Positions 38,758 through 48,218 are shown, numbered from the stretch's first letter. The stretch: 64,000 bases of DNA from Chloroflexota bacterium (GCA_041918515.1 JAYRVO010000048.1:13234-77233); one strand, 5' to 3'. Numbers and translations are program-made. Notes: a model not told the origin generated them from the sequence alone.

Positions 38758-40401
38758 TTAGCTGTTGATTGTTGATTTGTTGACTGTTGACGAACGCAGC
38801 AGGTGTAAGCGCAAGGTCTTGATCACGGTGCGGTCGCCCTCATCCAGGCCTAGCAACAGGATGGCGCCCACGTAAATCGCAGCCACCGCCGCACAGGCCA
38901 GCCCGAGATCGAACAAGTTGGCGAGTGGCAACCAATGCAACCATGCCAGCCCCACTGCTACAGACGGCGCCGTCGCCAGAAATGGCTTGAGGAAAGCGGG
39001 GGCGAAGGGATGGATGCGTAGGAAGGCCCAGGCTTGCGCCAGCCGCAACAGATTGACGCCTATCATGACGGCCATTCCCACCAACGCCGCGCCGGTGAGA
39101 CCGTGCATCGGTATGAGCCAGAAATCGAGGATGAGCGAGAGTGTAATCGTCAACACCGAGTTGAATAGGGTGAGGTTGGCGCGCCCGCTCATCATGAGCA
39201 GGAGGCCGACCGAGCCAGTCGCAAAATTGACGAGCTGGCCCAGGCTCAGAAGCTGCAAAGCCGTGGCGCCCTGGCTGAATTCGGCGCCCGAGATTTGCAT
39301 TAGCGCCGGGGCGAAGACGATCTGGATGATCACGATGGGCATGGCGAAGGTGACGATCCAACGCGTGACCAGTTTGTACAATACGTCCAGCCGTTTGATA
39401 TCGCCGCGGTGATGCAGGTCGGAGATGAGCGGCGCAAAGATGGCGTTGAAGGCGGTGAGAACGATCAAGCCCAAGCCGGCGAAGCGGGTGGCGGCGTTGA
39501 AGATGCCCGCGGCCTCGGCTGGCAAGAATCTGCCCAAGACCAGGATCTCGGTGCGTCCATTGAGATATTCGACGACGCTGGCAAACGCCAGGGGCAGGGA
39601 AAAACGCACCAGATTGCGCGTCAGGATGGATGAAGCTTCGGTTGCTGCGGGGGGCGACGGCTGGGACAGAGAAGACGCGCGCTCGCGCGCCAGGCGCCAT
39701 GTCAGGCGCGCCAGGAAGAACAAGGCCAGGGCCACGCCCGCGATCTGTGTCAGTGTGAAGGCCGTCACCGGCATGACGGCGGTAGTGCTCAACAGCGGCG
39801 GGAGGATGAGAATCAGAGCCAGCCGTAAAGTCGGTTGGATGATATTGACGACCAGGGCGCGATAGCGCATCGTGCGGAACGCCTGGGTGCCGGCGATGGC
39901 GATGCCGATGATGGTGACGGCGGGCGCGGTGATCGCCAGGATGCGCAGGAGCGGCGACAACTCTGGCTTGGCTGACCAGCCAAACAAGCTGAGCACTTGC
40001 GCCGGATAGAGCCACACCCACAGACCGCCCGCCAGCCCGATCAGCCCGCCCAAGATGAGCGCAATCAGGATCAAGTGTCGCGTGGCCGCCCACTGCCCCG
40101 CGCCGCGGCTGATGCTGACACAACGTATCACGCCGCGATCCAGGCCGGCGACGGTGAAGCGGCTGAGCAGGGTGATAGCCGTCACCGCCAGGGTGTAGAA
40201 TCCGTATTGTTCGGCGCCGATCTGCCGCGTCACCACATAGAAGAACAAATAGCCCAGGATATAGTTGATGGCATTGCTGCCCAGCCCCCAGCCGGCGCCG
40301 CGCGCAATCTGCCCGACCTCGGTCGTTACATCGATGAACTCCGGCGCGCTGGCTATCTCGCCCTTATTCGTCGCCGAGCCTGCGGCGGGATTAGTCGTCA
40401 T
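38758..40401 (-). CDS. oligosaccharide/polysaccharide flippase (MOP/Wzx-like) family membrane protein
   Basis: 547 aa with about 12-14 hydrophobic helices. The N-terminal region ...GAGWGLGSNAINYILGYLFFYVVTRQIGAEQYGFYTLAV is typical of polysaccharide biosynthesis (Wzx) proteins. Confidence 0.65.
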   Translation of the reverse strand: MTTNPAAGSATNKGEIASAPEFIDVTTEVGQIARGAGWGLGSNAINYILGYLFFYVVTRQIGAEQYGFYTLAVTAITLLSRFTVAGLDRGVIRCVSISRGAGQWAATRHLILIALILGGLIGLAGGLWVWLYPAQVLSLFGWSAKPELSPLLRILAITAPAVTIIGIAIAGTQAFRTMRYRALVVNIIQPTLRLALILILPPLLSTTAVMPVTAFTLTQIAGVALALFFLARLTWRLARERASSLSQPSPPAATEASSILTRNLVRFSLPLAFASVVEYLNGRTEILVLGRFLPAEAAGIFNAATRFAGLGLIVLTAFNAIFAPLISDLHHRGDIKRLDVLYKLVTRWIVTFAMPIVIIQIVFAPALMQISGAEFSQGATALQLLSLGQLVNFATGSVGLLLMMSGRANLTLFNSVLTITLSLILDFWLIPMHGLTGAALVGMAVMIGVNLLRLAQAWAFLRIHPFAPAFLKPFLATAPSVAVGLAWLHWLPLANLFDLGLACAAVAAIYVGAILLLGLDEGDRTVIKTLRLHLLRSSTVNKSTINS

Positions 40402-40789
40402 GGAGGCGAGGCGCCACGAACAGGGTGTGGAGCAGTCGCCAGATCAACAGCATCGACGCCAGGATGCCGGCCGTGACCAGATAGAAGGCAGGGGGACTGA
40501 GGCGTCCGAGCAAGAGCGTACGCAGGATCACACCGACGATGTAGGCCGGGATGAAGGCCAGCAGGGTGGCGCGCAGGGTGCTGCGGAGGTTGGCCCAGGC
40601 CAGGGGTCGAAAGGCGCCCAAGAACGATCCTACCAGCAACCACGCCACGAGGAAAGGCGCAGCCGTCAGTAGGGTCGCACCAGCGCCGCGAATGCCTGTG
40701 GCAAGATTGTGACTCTGGCGACCGATGATGGCAAAGAGAAGGATGACGAGGACGTCGCCTAAGTAAAGGACTGTACGGGCGCGGGACAT
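40391..40789 (-). CDS. DUF3054-like membrane protein
   Basis: ORF 40391..40921 trimmed to ATG 40789. The sequence is MSRARTVLYLGDVLVILLFAIIGRQSHNLA..., with four hydrophobic helices and a GRxSH motif. It is 132 aa. Confidence 0.55.
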   Translation of the reverse strand: MSRARTVLYLGDVLVILLFAIIGRQSHNLATGIRGAGATLLTAAPFLVAWLLVGSFLGAFRPLAWANLRSTLRATLLAFIPAYIVGVILRTLLLGRLSPPAFYLVTAGILASMLLIWRLLHTLFVAPRLHDD

Positions 40790-40814
40790 GGTGCGAGGAG
40801 GGGTGAAATTTGTC

Positions 40815-41648
40815 TCAGGATAGATAGGGGCCGGCCACATTTTCCAGGCGCCCGATGCCTTCGATCTCAATGGCGACGCGATCCCCCGGCGCCAAGAACA
40901 CGGGTGGGTCGCGGAACACACCGACGCCGCCAGGGGTGCCAGTGGTGATGATGTCGCCGGGTTCCAGCGTAAAGGCGGCGGAACAAAAAGCGATCAGGGC
41001 GGGGATGTTGTGCACTAGTTGGTTGGTGTTGCTGTCCTGGCGCAGTTCGTCGTTGACCCAGGCGCTGATGCGTAGCCCGTGCGGATCGGCAAGCTCGTCC
41101 GCGGTGACGACGATTGGCCCAAACGGGCTGAATGTATCCAGGCTCTTGCCGCGCACCCACTGACCGTCACTTTTTTGGAGATCGCGCGCGGTGACGTCGT
41201 TGAGGCAGGTGTAGCCGAATACGTAGTCGTAGGCGTGCTCGACGGGTACGCGGCGGGCGGTGTGGCCGATGACCACCGCCAGTTCGGCCTCGTAGTCTAC
41301 TTTCTGGGTGAGCGCAGGATCCCACCGGATCTCGCCTCCTGGCCGGAGCACCGAGGTGGAGAATTTGGTGAAAAGGGTGGGGCGTTCTGGCGGGGTCAGG
41401 TTTTGTTCGAGGCAGTGATCAAGGTAGTTCAGGCCCACGGCGATGATCTTGCCGGGACGGCGGATGGGCGCTTCGAGGGTGACTGAGGCCAGGGGGATGG
41501 GTTGGGCCGCGGCCGCGGCTTCGCGGATGGCGCTCATCCCCGATTGGAGCGCGCCGATCAGGTCTGGCCAGGGCAGTGGATAGATGTGCGCGTCTTGAAG
41601 CAGGCCGGCGTGTGTGTCGGTGTGGTAGCGGAAGGTGAGAAGGCGCAT
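40815..41648 (-). CDS. fumarylacetoacetate hydrolase (FAH) family protein
   Basis: 277 aa. The motifs ...KIIAVGLNYLDH...DYEAELAVVIG...FGYTCLNDVTARDLQ...GKSLDTF...PGDIITTGTPGGVG are typical FAH-family motifs. Confidence 0.8.
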   Translation of the reverse strand: MRLLTFRYHTDTHAGLLQDAHIYPLPWPDLIGALQSGMSAIREAAAAAQPIPLASVTLEAPIRRPGKIIAVGLNYLDHCLEQNLTPPERPTLFTKFSTSVLRPGGEIRWDPALTQKVDYEAELAVVIGHTARRVPVEHAYDYVFGYTCLNDVTARDLQKSDGQWVRGKSLDTFSPFGPIVVTADELADPHGLRISAWVNDELRQDSNTNQLVHNIPALIAFCSAAFTLEPGDIITTGTPGGVGVFRDPPVFLAPGDRVAIEIEGIGRLENVAGPYLS

Positions 41649-41688
41649 GGTGTCTCGAATGAGGCGGAGGGTGGTGGGGTGGAGTGCT

Positions 41689-42693
41689 TTACGTTGCCAG
41701 CATGAAATGGGCCAGGTCAGCGGGTGAAGGCAGGCCGCCGCGCAAAGGTCGGGCCGAGAAGGGGTTTTCTAGTCGCCAGGCGCAGGCATCAGGAGAGAGG
41801 CCGTAATCCTCAAGCGCCGGGTGGCGTTCCACGTCGGGCAGGCAGAATATGCCGGCCACGCGGGCGAGGCGGCAGGCGAGCAACAGGCCGGGGCCGAAGC
41901 AGGCGACGGGGAGAGGGAGCAGCCAGGGGCGCACGCCATCGGGTTGCCCAGCGGCCAGGGTCTGGCGATAAGCGGTGATGAGTGGCCAGGGGACGGCAGG
42001 CGGGGTGAGAGCGACCAGGCAAGGATCGGCGCTGGCGGCTTCGCGAAAACCAAAGGCTGCGAGCATGTCGCTCGCGGGGAGCTGCCCCGGCGCGGTGCCG
42101 ACCTCTGCCGTTGCGCTGAAGCTGAGAAAGGCTTGCGGAAAGCGCGGGGCCAACAAGCGGGTGGCGAGTCCGTCGGCGCCCATGGCGATGCCGATGCCCG
42201 GCGCAGCGAGGCCGTGCAGCCACGCCAACGGCGGCAGGATGTCGTCTGTGTGGCTGGCTGTTCCCACCAGTTTGACGATATCGGCTCCCAGCGCCCGCAG
42301 CCGCAGCCCGGCGCTGGCCCAGTCGCCGATCATGCCGCCAAAGTCGTGGTGCGAGCCGATGATCTGGGTGTGCGGGTGACGAAGGGGCGCCAGTTCAGGA
42401 AGGGCTTCCGCTTCGATATCGACGAAAGGCGCCGCCAAGGCGATGCCATGCTGCAGAATGGCGCGACGCTCGTGCTCGGGGCCGGCGAAGCGCCCACCTT
42501 GCTGTTGCGAGCGGCAGGTGATGATGGCTGGGAGAGGGGAGGCGGTCAATAAACGCGGGAGATCGAAATCACGCATCAAGTCGAGGCGATACTCGACCAG
42601 ATCGGCCACACCCACCACACTGTGCGCCGCGGCCAGGGCAAACTCTGTATCTGGGGCGGCGATGGCAACGGCAAGAAAGGCAGCGCCAGTCAT
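41689..42693 (-). CDS. aroD: type I 3-dehydroquinate dehydratase domain protein with about 110-aa C-terminal extension
   Basis: Sequence ...VEYRLDLMRDF...AIITCRSQQQGGRF...IIGSHHDFGG...GADIVKLVGTA. The His (SHHDF) and the Schiff-base Lys context (DIVKL) match type I DHQase. At 334 aa it is much longer than usual. Confidence 0.55.
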   Translation of the reverse strand: MTGAAFLAVAIAAPDTEFALAAAHSVVGVADLVEYRLDLMRDFDLPRLLTASPLPAIITCRSQQQGGRFAGPEHERRAILQHGIALAAPFVDIEAEALPELAPLRHPHTQIIGSHHDFGGMIGDWASAGLRLRALGADIVKLVGTASHTDDILPPLAWLHGLAAPGIGIAMGADGLATRLLAPRFPQAFLSFSATAEVGTAPGQLPASDMLAAFGFREAASADPCLVALTPPAVPWPLITAYRQTLAAGQPDGVRPWLLPLPVACFGPGLLLACRLARVAGIFCLPDVERHPALEDYGLSPDACAWRLENPFSARPLRGGLPSPADLAHFMLAT

Positions 42694-42883
42694 AAGGATC
42701 AGCAGAGACGCCCGACATGGCAGGAGGCCCCAAAAAGCCTGCGTCCCAGGGCAAGGGATCGCAGGCGCACATCCTCACCGCGCCGAGCGACGCGCAGCGA
42801 TGAGGATGTGGCTCGCCCTCGAGCGGCTGTCGTCACAATGGGCGACAGTCGTTTGAACAATGGCCGCCTTGATGATGTCAGGA

Positions 42884-43087
42884 TTATTTGAGATTGTTGC
42901 TCGGGTTGGGGGCAGCGTCTTCGCCAGCGGCTTTCGTGCCTGCGTTCTCGCCGCCGGAAGCGTCACGAAACTCTTTCATTCCCCTCCCCATCGCGCGAAA
43001 GACTTCTGGCAGTCTGCCCGCGCCGAAGATGAGGAGGACGATCACGAGGATGATGATGAGCTCCGTTGTGCCAAGTGATCCAAACAT
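42884..43087 (-). CDS. tatA: twin-arginine translocase TatA/TatE family subunit
   Basis: [43 protein letters not shown]... is a canonical TatA N-terminal TM helix plus amphipathic helix. GGAG lies about 8 nt upstream. Confidence 0.9.
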   Translation of the reverse strand: MFGSLGTTELIIILVIVLLIFGAGRLPEVFRAMGRGMKEFRDASGGENAGTKAAGEDAAPNPSNNLK

Positions 43088-43344
43088 GAGATAGACTCCT
43101 ATGATTAGGGATGAACAAAGTATAGTTCAGGAGGAACGCGCTTGGCAAAGCGCGTCACTCTTGCAACGATGAAACCTGGCGATGCCGCCCTGCGTATGAA
43201 AAAGTGATACGGCGCGAGGCCAAGCGGCGCTGCGGCAATGTAAGTTTGTTACCACTGTGATTGCGCGGTTTTGCTTAGCGTGTTAAACTTATCTGCGTAG
43301 CTATTCGTCCTACGTTCTTTCTATTTCTCGTGGAGGTTCCACCA

Positions 43345-43758
43345 ATGAGCACCGAACAACCCACCCCCGAAGCCCCGTCCGCTCCCGAACAGCAGGCCAG
43401 CCATACCATCGTCGATGAATTGACCATGTTGGGCAAGAAGTTGGGCGCCGCCATCCAGGCCGGCCTCAGCAGCCCCCAATGGCATCAAGTCGAGACGGAA
43501 GTGCGGGAAGGTTTCAACAACGTGGTCAGCGAAGTCAATGAAGCGATGAACAAAGCCCGCTCCACCGACGCCGCCAGGCAGGTGGGCGAGCAAGCCACTA
43601 AAATGGTCGAGACCGTGCGCATCAGCAAAGTGACCAGCGATGTGCGCGAGGGCTTGATCAAGGGCTTGAAGGTTCTCAACCGTGAGTTGGATGAGGCGAT
43701 CGCCAAAATGGAGCCAAAGCCAGCGGAGCCGGAGGCATCGGAAGAGCCTAAAGTTTGA
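43345..43758 (+). CDS. hypothetical helical protein (137 aa)
   Basis: ORF 43330..43758. The ATG at 43345 is preceded by GGAGG 8 nt upstream. The protein is Ala/Glu/Lys-rich and helical. No family was recognised. Confidence 0.5.
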   Translation: MSTEQPTPEAPSAPEQQASHTIVDELTMLGKKLGAAIQAGLSSPQWHQVETEVREGFNNVVSEVNEAMNKARSTDAARQVGEQATKMVETVRISKVTSDVREGLIKGLKVLNRELDEAIAKMEPKPAEPEASEEPKV

Positions 43759-43812
43759 TCCCAGCAAGCGCGATGCACAGCAACCGGCGGTCCGTTGTGC
43801 GTCGCGCTTGAC

Positions 43813-44301
43813 TTATTCTATCTGCTCGGATGCTTCGAAGATCAGACGCTCGAGAGCCTTGAGGGCGGCGAGCATCTGATCCTCGCCGATCAAGAGGTAG
43901 TCGTTGCTATAGCCGCTGTAAAAGCCAGCGCTGACGCCCGCCGCGGCCAGGGTCATGAAGATGGCTGCCCCATAGCCGATAGTGTCCCACGGCAAGGTGG
44001 CGTTCAGGCGGAGTAAAACGAAGGGTTGTTCGATCTGGACGGTGCAGCCCAGGGGCGGGATCCTGGCGACATTGGCGGTGAATGTGACCAGAGAGAATTC
44101 TTGGCCGTCGTCGATGGTGGCGAAGTATGCCCCTTCGTCTAATGCGGCCAGGAGGGCGCTGCGGTGCGAGACGGGCACGGCCAGGATGGCCACAGGTCTT
44201 TCTTGAGCTTCCAGACGGGTGGCGGCCAGAGCTTGCCTCGTCGCCGCGGGGAGCAAGGCCACCAAACGGGCCGGCGAGATGGAAGGCGAGCGCCGTTTCA
44301 T
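43813..44301 (-). CDS. hypothetical protein (possible ACT-type small-molecule-binding domain)
   Basis: 162 aa. Its ATG overlaps the upstream PLD-gene stop (ATGA at 44301-44298). The C-terminal ...FYSGYSNDYLLIGEDQMLAALKAL resembles ACT_7-type domains, but this assignment is weak. Confidence 0.4.
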   Translation of the reverse strand: MKRRSPSISPARLVALLPAATRQALAATRLEAQERPVAILAVPVSHRSALLAALDEGAYFATIDDGQEFSLVTFTANVARIPPLGCTVQIEQPFVLLRLNATLPWDTIGYGAAIFMTLAAAGVSAGFYSGYSNDYLLIGEDQMLAALKALERLIFEASEQIE

Positions 44302-46367
44302 GGGAAGACCTCGATTTGTTGCGGCGACTTTACGACGACCTGTGGTGTGCCCTGGTGCTCCGTCACCTTGCCTGTGAGCCAGATTTTCTTTCCTTTGTAC
44401 AGCTCGGCGGGCGGCTGCGGGAAGGCGCCATAATCCTCGGCAAACACGACGGCGACGAATTGGTCGCGGGAGGAGCTAAAGTTGAGGAAGGTGATGGCGC
44501 CGGTGTCGTGCGTGTCGACGATGCGGCCTTCGATGGTGATGGTTTGGCCCAGGTGGGCGCCAGCATCCTTCCAGGAGATCACGCTCATCGGTGGGCTGGG
44601 TGGCGTCGGTGTCGGGGTGGATTCGACGCCCGGCGTCTCTGTCTTCTGCACTGTCACGATCTCGATATCAGCTGGCGATTCCACCACCATTTCCGGCGCC
44701 CCCTGGTATTCCTTCACCTTCCCGCGCACGCGCACGGTTTGGCCCTGGAAAAGTTCGGCTGGCGGTTGCGGGAACTTGTCGTAATCACTGGCAAAGATGA
44801 CGACGCTGAACGTCCCGCGCCAATTCTCGTTGAAATTCAGGAAAGTGACCTTGCCAGAGTCATACGTCCGCACGACATGACCCTCGACGGTTACATTTTG
44901 TCCCAGGTAGTCGCCAGCCTGCTCCCAGGAGAGGGTGGTGGGCGGTGCGGGCGGGGGGCTGGCCACGCCCGCACCGCTGCGGACGGGGGCCAGATCTGTT
45001 GATCGGGTCGAGGTCGAGAGAAGTTCGATCTGATCGGGCGATTCGATCACGATCTCGGGCGCGTTCTGGTACATCTTCACCTGTCCCGTGGCGCGCACCC
45101 GCTGGTTGAGATAGTAATCTTCGGGCGGCGCCGGGAATTGACTGGCGCTGGCGGCGAAGATCACGAGGCTGAGAGTATTGCGGTAATCCTGGCTGAAGTT
45201 CAGGAAGATGACTTTGCCGCTATTATAGGTGCGGACGATGTCGCCTTCGACCGTCACCTTTGACCCGATGTATTTTCCCGCCTCTTGCCAGGAGATGGCG
45301 CCGGTTGGCGCTTCGACCACCGCTGCCGCCCGCCCCCAATCGCCCTGGAGTGTCTGCTGCAAGCGGCGGATAATGGCGGCATCCTCGGTGAGCAAACCCA
45401 ACTCGCGGTTCAGCTCCATCGAAGCATAGGTCAAATTGATGGAGCCGAGGAGGGCGCGGCGATTGTCGGCCAGGATGACCTTGGCATGGACTAGGGGGTT
45501 CTCCAGGCGACGCACTTCCGCGCCGGCTTGTTGCAAGCGGCGGTAGTTGGGTAGCGAGAGGTCGTCTTCGCCGGTGCGCAGCGGGCCAATGAAATAGACT
45601 TTCACCCCGCGTGTGGCGCTGGCGGCCAACCGTTCGGCGACGGCGTCGTCCAGCAGGCTGGCCTGTTCGAGCCAAAGCGTCTGCTGAGCGCTATCGATGA
45701 GACCCTCGATCTGTTGGCGGCTGTTGAGGGGACTGAGCACCAGGGTCGGGCTGGGAGAATGCTCATAGGGTTGATCACTCCAGTCGGCGTCGAAGATGGC
45801 GGCGATCTCGCGCACCAATGCGGGATCGTCGATGAGCACGCCGTATTCGCGGTTGCGCTTGAAGGAACTGGGCGTGTAGTTGAAGGTGCCCACCAAGACA
45901 CGCTGGTCGTCGATCAGCAGGCTTTTTTCGTGCGTCAGGCGATAGCGCGCCGGTGCCCAATGGATGCTGACGCCATTTTGTTGTAGCTTGTCGAAGGTCG
46001 CGCGATTGCTTTCGCCGCCGCCGGTGGGGTTTTGCTCCAGGATGACGCGTACATCCACTCCCCGATTGGCTGCCCGCACCAGCGCCGCCGTCATCTCATC
46101 GTCGGTCAACAGGTAGATTTTGAAGCGGATCGACTTCTGCGCCTTTTGGATCAGCTCGATCACCTGGCCCGTGCCATCATCGGGGAGCACAAGGATCTGC
46201 TGCGTCGATACAGCCGGGCCGGGCGTGGGTCGGACCGCAGGTCGGCAGGCGACGAGGAGGGCGAGGACAAGGAGGAGGAAAAGGCGATGGAAGAGGTGGG
46301 AAAGATGGCGAGAGCGCATCGAGCGCCGGTATCTGGCCATGATTTCAGGGGCGATAGCTATATCCAT
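44298..46367 (-). CDS. phospholipase D/HKD-family (Nuc-like) lipoprotein with three C-terminal OB-fold-like repeats
   Basis: Two HKD motifs are present: HEKSLLIDDQRVLVGTFN and HAKVILADNRRALLGSINL. The N-terminus ...FLLLVLALLVACRP has a lipobox; start candidates are 46367, 46340 and 46319. The C-terminal part holds three about 93-aa repeats (ISWQEAGKYIGSKVTVEGDIVRTYNSGKVIFLNF... / LSWEQAGDYLGQNVTVEGHVVRTYDSGKVTFLNF... / ISWKDAGAHLGQTITIEGRIVDTHDTGAITFLNF...) encoded at about 44301-45300. Confidence 0.75.
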   Translation of the reverse strand: MDIAIAPEIMARYRRSMRSRHLSHLFHRLFLLLVLALLVACRPAVRPTPGPAVSTQQILVLPDDGTGQVIELIQKAQKSIRFKIYLLTDDEMTAALVRAANRGVDVRVILEQNPTGGGESNRATFDKLQQNGVSIHWAPARYRLTHEKSLLIDDQRVLVGTFNYTPSSFKRNREYGVLIDDPALVREIAAIFDADWSDQPYEHSPSPTLVLSPLNSRQQIEGLIDSAQQTLWLEQASLLDDAVAERLAASATRGVKVYFIGPLRTGEDDLSLPNYRRLQQAGAEVRRLENPLVHAKVILADNRRALLGSINLTYASMELNRELGLLTEDAAIIRRLQQTLQGDWGRAAAVVEAPTGAISWQEAGKYIGSKVTVEGDIVRTYNSGKVIFLNFSQDYRNTLSLVIFAASASQFPAPPEDYYLNQRVRATGQVKMYQNAPEIVIESPDQIELLSTSTRSTDLAPVRSGAGVASPPPAPPTTLSWEQAGDYLGQNVTVEGHVVRTYDSGKVTFLNFNENWRGTFSVVIFASDYDKFPQPPAELFQGQTVRVRGKVKEYQGAPEMVVESPADIEIVTVQKTETPGVESTPTPTPPSPPMSVISWKDAGAHLGQTITIEGRIVDTHDTGAITFLNFSSSRDQFVAVVFAEDYGAFPQPPAELYKGKKIWLTGKVTEHQGTPQVVVKSPQQIEVFP

Positions 46368-46457
46368 GCTCGCGCTCTATCCTCCAAGAATAGAACCAGA
46401 ACGGTGATGATCGCGTATCTTTATTGATCGCTAGGTTGATTTGTTATGAAGCTCGTA

Positions 46458-46518
46458 AAACGTGAAGCGTGAAACGTGAGAAAACGTCGGCAATTCTCAC
46501 GCATCACGCATCACGTTT
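46458..46518. repeat. hairpin built from inverted 3 x 7-nt arrays (AAACGTG-type / ATCACGC-type)
   Basis: The left arm is AAACGTG AAGCGTG AAACGTG AGAA (46458-46482), the loop is aacgtcggcaa, and the right arm is TT CTCACGC ATCACGC ATCACGT TT (46494-46518). 22 of 25 positions pair. It lies in the divergent region between the PLD gene and purF. Confidence 0.75.
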
Positions 46519-46586
46519 CAGATCTGAGCATAATTTCTTTGGCTAGCCATCTATAATCAAGTATAGCCAAGTAGGTAGGAATAACC

Positions 46587-46625
46587 AAAATGCAGCCCGA
46601 CGCCCCCGGCGCCGGGCTGCATTTT
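46587..46625. terminator. GC-rich terminator-like hairpin in the purF upstream region
   Basis: AAAATGCAGCCCG-a-CGCC-ccc-GGCG-c-CGGGCTGCATTTT. A 10-bp outer stem and 4-bp inner stem are flanked by A4/T4 runs. It lies about 95 nt upstream of the purF ATG, and a perfect TATAAT hexamer lies about 35 nt upstream of the hairpin. Confidence 0.5.
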
Positions 46626-46718
46626 GTGCGATCTTGCCGTTTACAGGTTTGCTCTCTCGCCCGCCCGTGCTACACTTGCCCGTGCGAGATCACCACCTCC
46701 ACCGCCCCCCTTGTCCTG

Positions 46719-48218
46719 ATGTCAACCCCCATCGGCTTTGCCGACGATAGCGATCATTTCCGAGAAGCCTGCGGCGTCGCAGGCGTTTTCTTGCCCGATA
46801 GTCTGCACGCTCAGGCTGAGGCGGCGCGGGCGCTTTTCTTCGCTCTCTACGCCCTCAACCATCGCGGCCAGGAAAGCGCCGGCATCGCCACCTGCGATGG
46901 GGGCGGCGTGCACCTGCACAAAGACATGGGGCTGGTCTCGCAAGTTTTCCACGAATCCAACCTGCGTCCGCTGTTGGGGCATTTTGGCATCGGCCACACG
47001 CGCTACTCCACCACCGGCGGCAGCATCCTGCGCAACGCCCAACCCTATCTGATCGAGACGCTGCATGGCCCGCTGGCCGTCGCCCACAACGGCAACCTGA
47101 CCAACGTCCTGCAATTGCGCCATGATCTGCTGCGCAAGGGCGTGGGCCTCATCTCAACCTCGGATACTGAAGTGATCACACAAATTCTGGCCTCGCCGAG
47201 CGTGGGCGGGAACAGCCCGTTGGCCGGGTGGCTGCCGGCCGGCGCCTGGGAAGACCGCATCGCCGCCTTCATGGACAAAGCCGAAGGCGCGTACTGCCTG
47301 GCCATCCTCACCCGCGATGCTCTGTTCGCGGTACGCGACCCCTGGGGCTTGCGCCCGCTCTGCCTGGGCGAGATGGATTGGGAGGGCCAATGCGGCTACG
47401 TTTTTGCCAGCGAATCCTGCGCCCTCGGCACGATTGGCGCTCGCTTCGTGCGCGAGGTGCAGCCGGGCGAAATCGTACGCGTCGACGCCCACGGCTTTCA
47501 CAGCACGATGGGTCGCCCGCCCCGCCAACGTTCATTTTGCAGTTTCGAATACGTCTACTTCGCCCGCCCTGATTCTATGTTCGAAGGCCAAACGGTGCAT
47601 CACGTGCGCCAGGCCCTGGGTCAGCAAATCGCCCGCGAAGCCCCGGTGGATGCCGACCTCGTCGTGGGCGTGCCCGATAGCTCCACCCCTGCCGCCATCG
47701 GCTACGCCATCGAGGCGGGCATCCCCTACAGCGAAGGCTTCACCAAGAACCGCTACATCGGTCGCACCTTCATCCAGCCCGGCGATCACCTGCGCAAGAT
47801 GGGCGTGCGCCTGAAATTCAATCCTCTGCGTGGCAACCTGGCTGGCAAACGCGTGGTCATGGTCGATGACAGCATCGTGCGCGGGAACACCGCCGGACCG
47901 CTCGTCAACTTGCTGCGCGAGGGCGGCGCCACCGAAGTGCATGTGCGTATCTCCAGCCCGCCCGTGCGTTGGCCCTGTTTCATGGGCATCGACATGCCCA
48001 CCCGCGCCGAACTGATTGGCGCACACAAAGATGTCGAGACTATCCGCCAGCAGATCGGCGCCGACAGCCTGGCTTATCTCAGCCTGGAAGGTATGTTGGC
48101 CGCCATCCGCGCCGGCATCTCGCCCGGCCAATCCGTGAGCCACTGCCACGCCTGCTTCAGCGGCGAATACCCCATTCCCATCATCAATCCCGAACTCCCC
48201 GTCATCAATTATCGGTAA
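46719..48218 (+). CDS. purF: amidophosphoribosyltransferase
   Basis: ORF 46590..48218 trimmed to ATG 46719. The sequence MSTPIGFADDSDHFREACGVAGVF contains the Ntn-Cys context. The PRPP-binding loop VVMVDDSIVRGNT is present. 499 aa. Confidence 0.9.
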   Translation: MSTPIGFADDSDHFREACGVAGVFLPDSLHAQAEAARALFFALYALNHRGQESAGIATCDGGGVHLHKDMGLVSQVFHESNLRPLLGHFGIGHTRYSTTGGSILRNAQPYLIETLHGPLAVAHNGNLTNVLQLRHDLLRKGVGLISTSDTEVITQILASPSVGGNSPLAGWLPAGAWEDRIAAFMDKAEGAYCLAILTRDALFAVRDPWGLRPLCLGEMDWEGQCGYVFASESCALGTIGARFVREVQPGEIVRVDAHGFHSTMGRPPRQRSFCSFEYVYFARPDSMFEGQTVHHVRQALGQQIAREAPVDADLVVGVPDSSTPAAIGYAIEAGIPYSEGFTKNRYIGRTFIQPGDHLRKMGVRLKFNPLRGNLAGKRVVMVDDSIVRGNTAGPLVNLLREGGATEVHVRISSPPVRWPCFMGIDMPTRAELIGAHKDVETIRQQIGADSLAYLSLEGMLAAIRAGISPGQSVSHCHACFSGEYPIPIINPELPVINYR

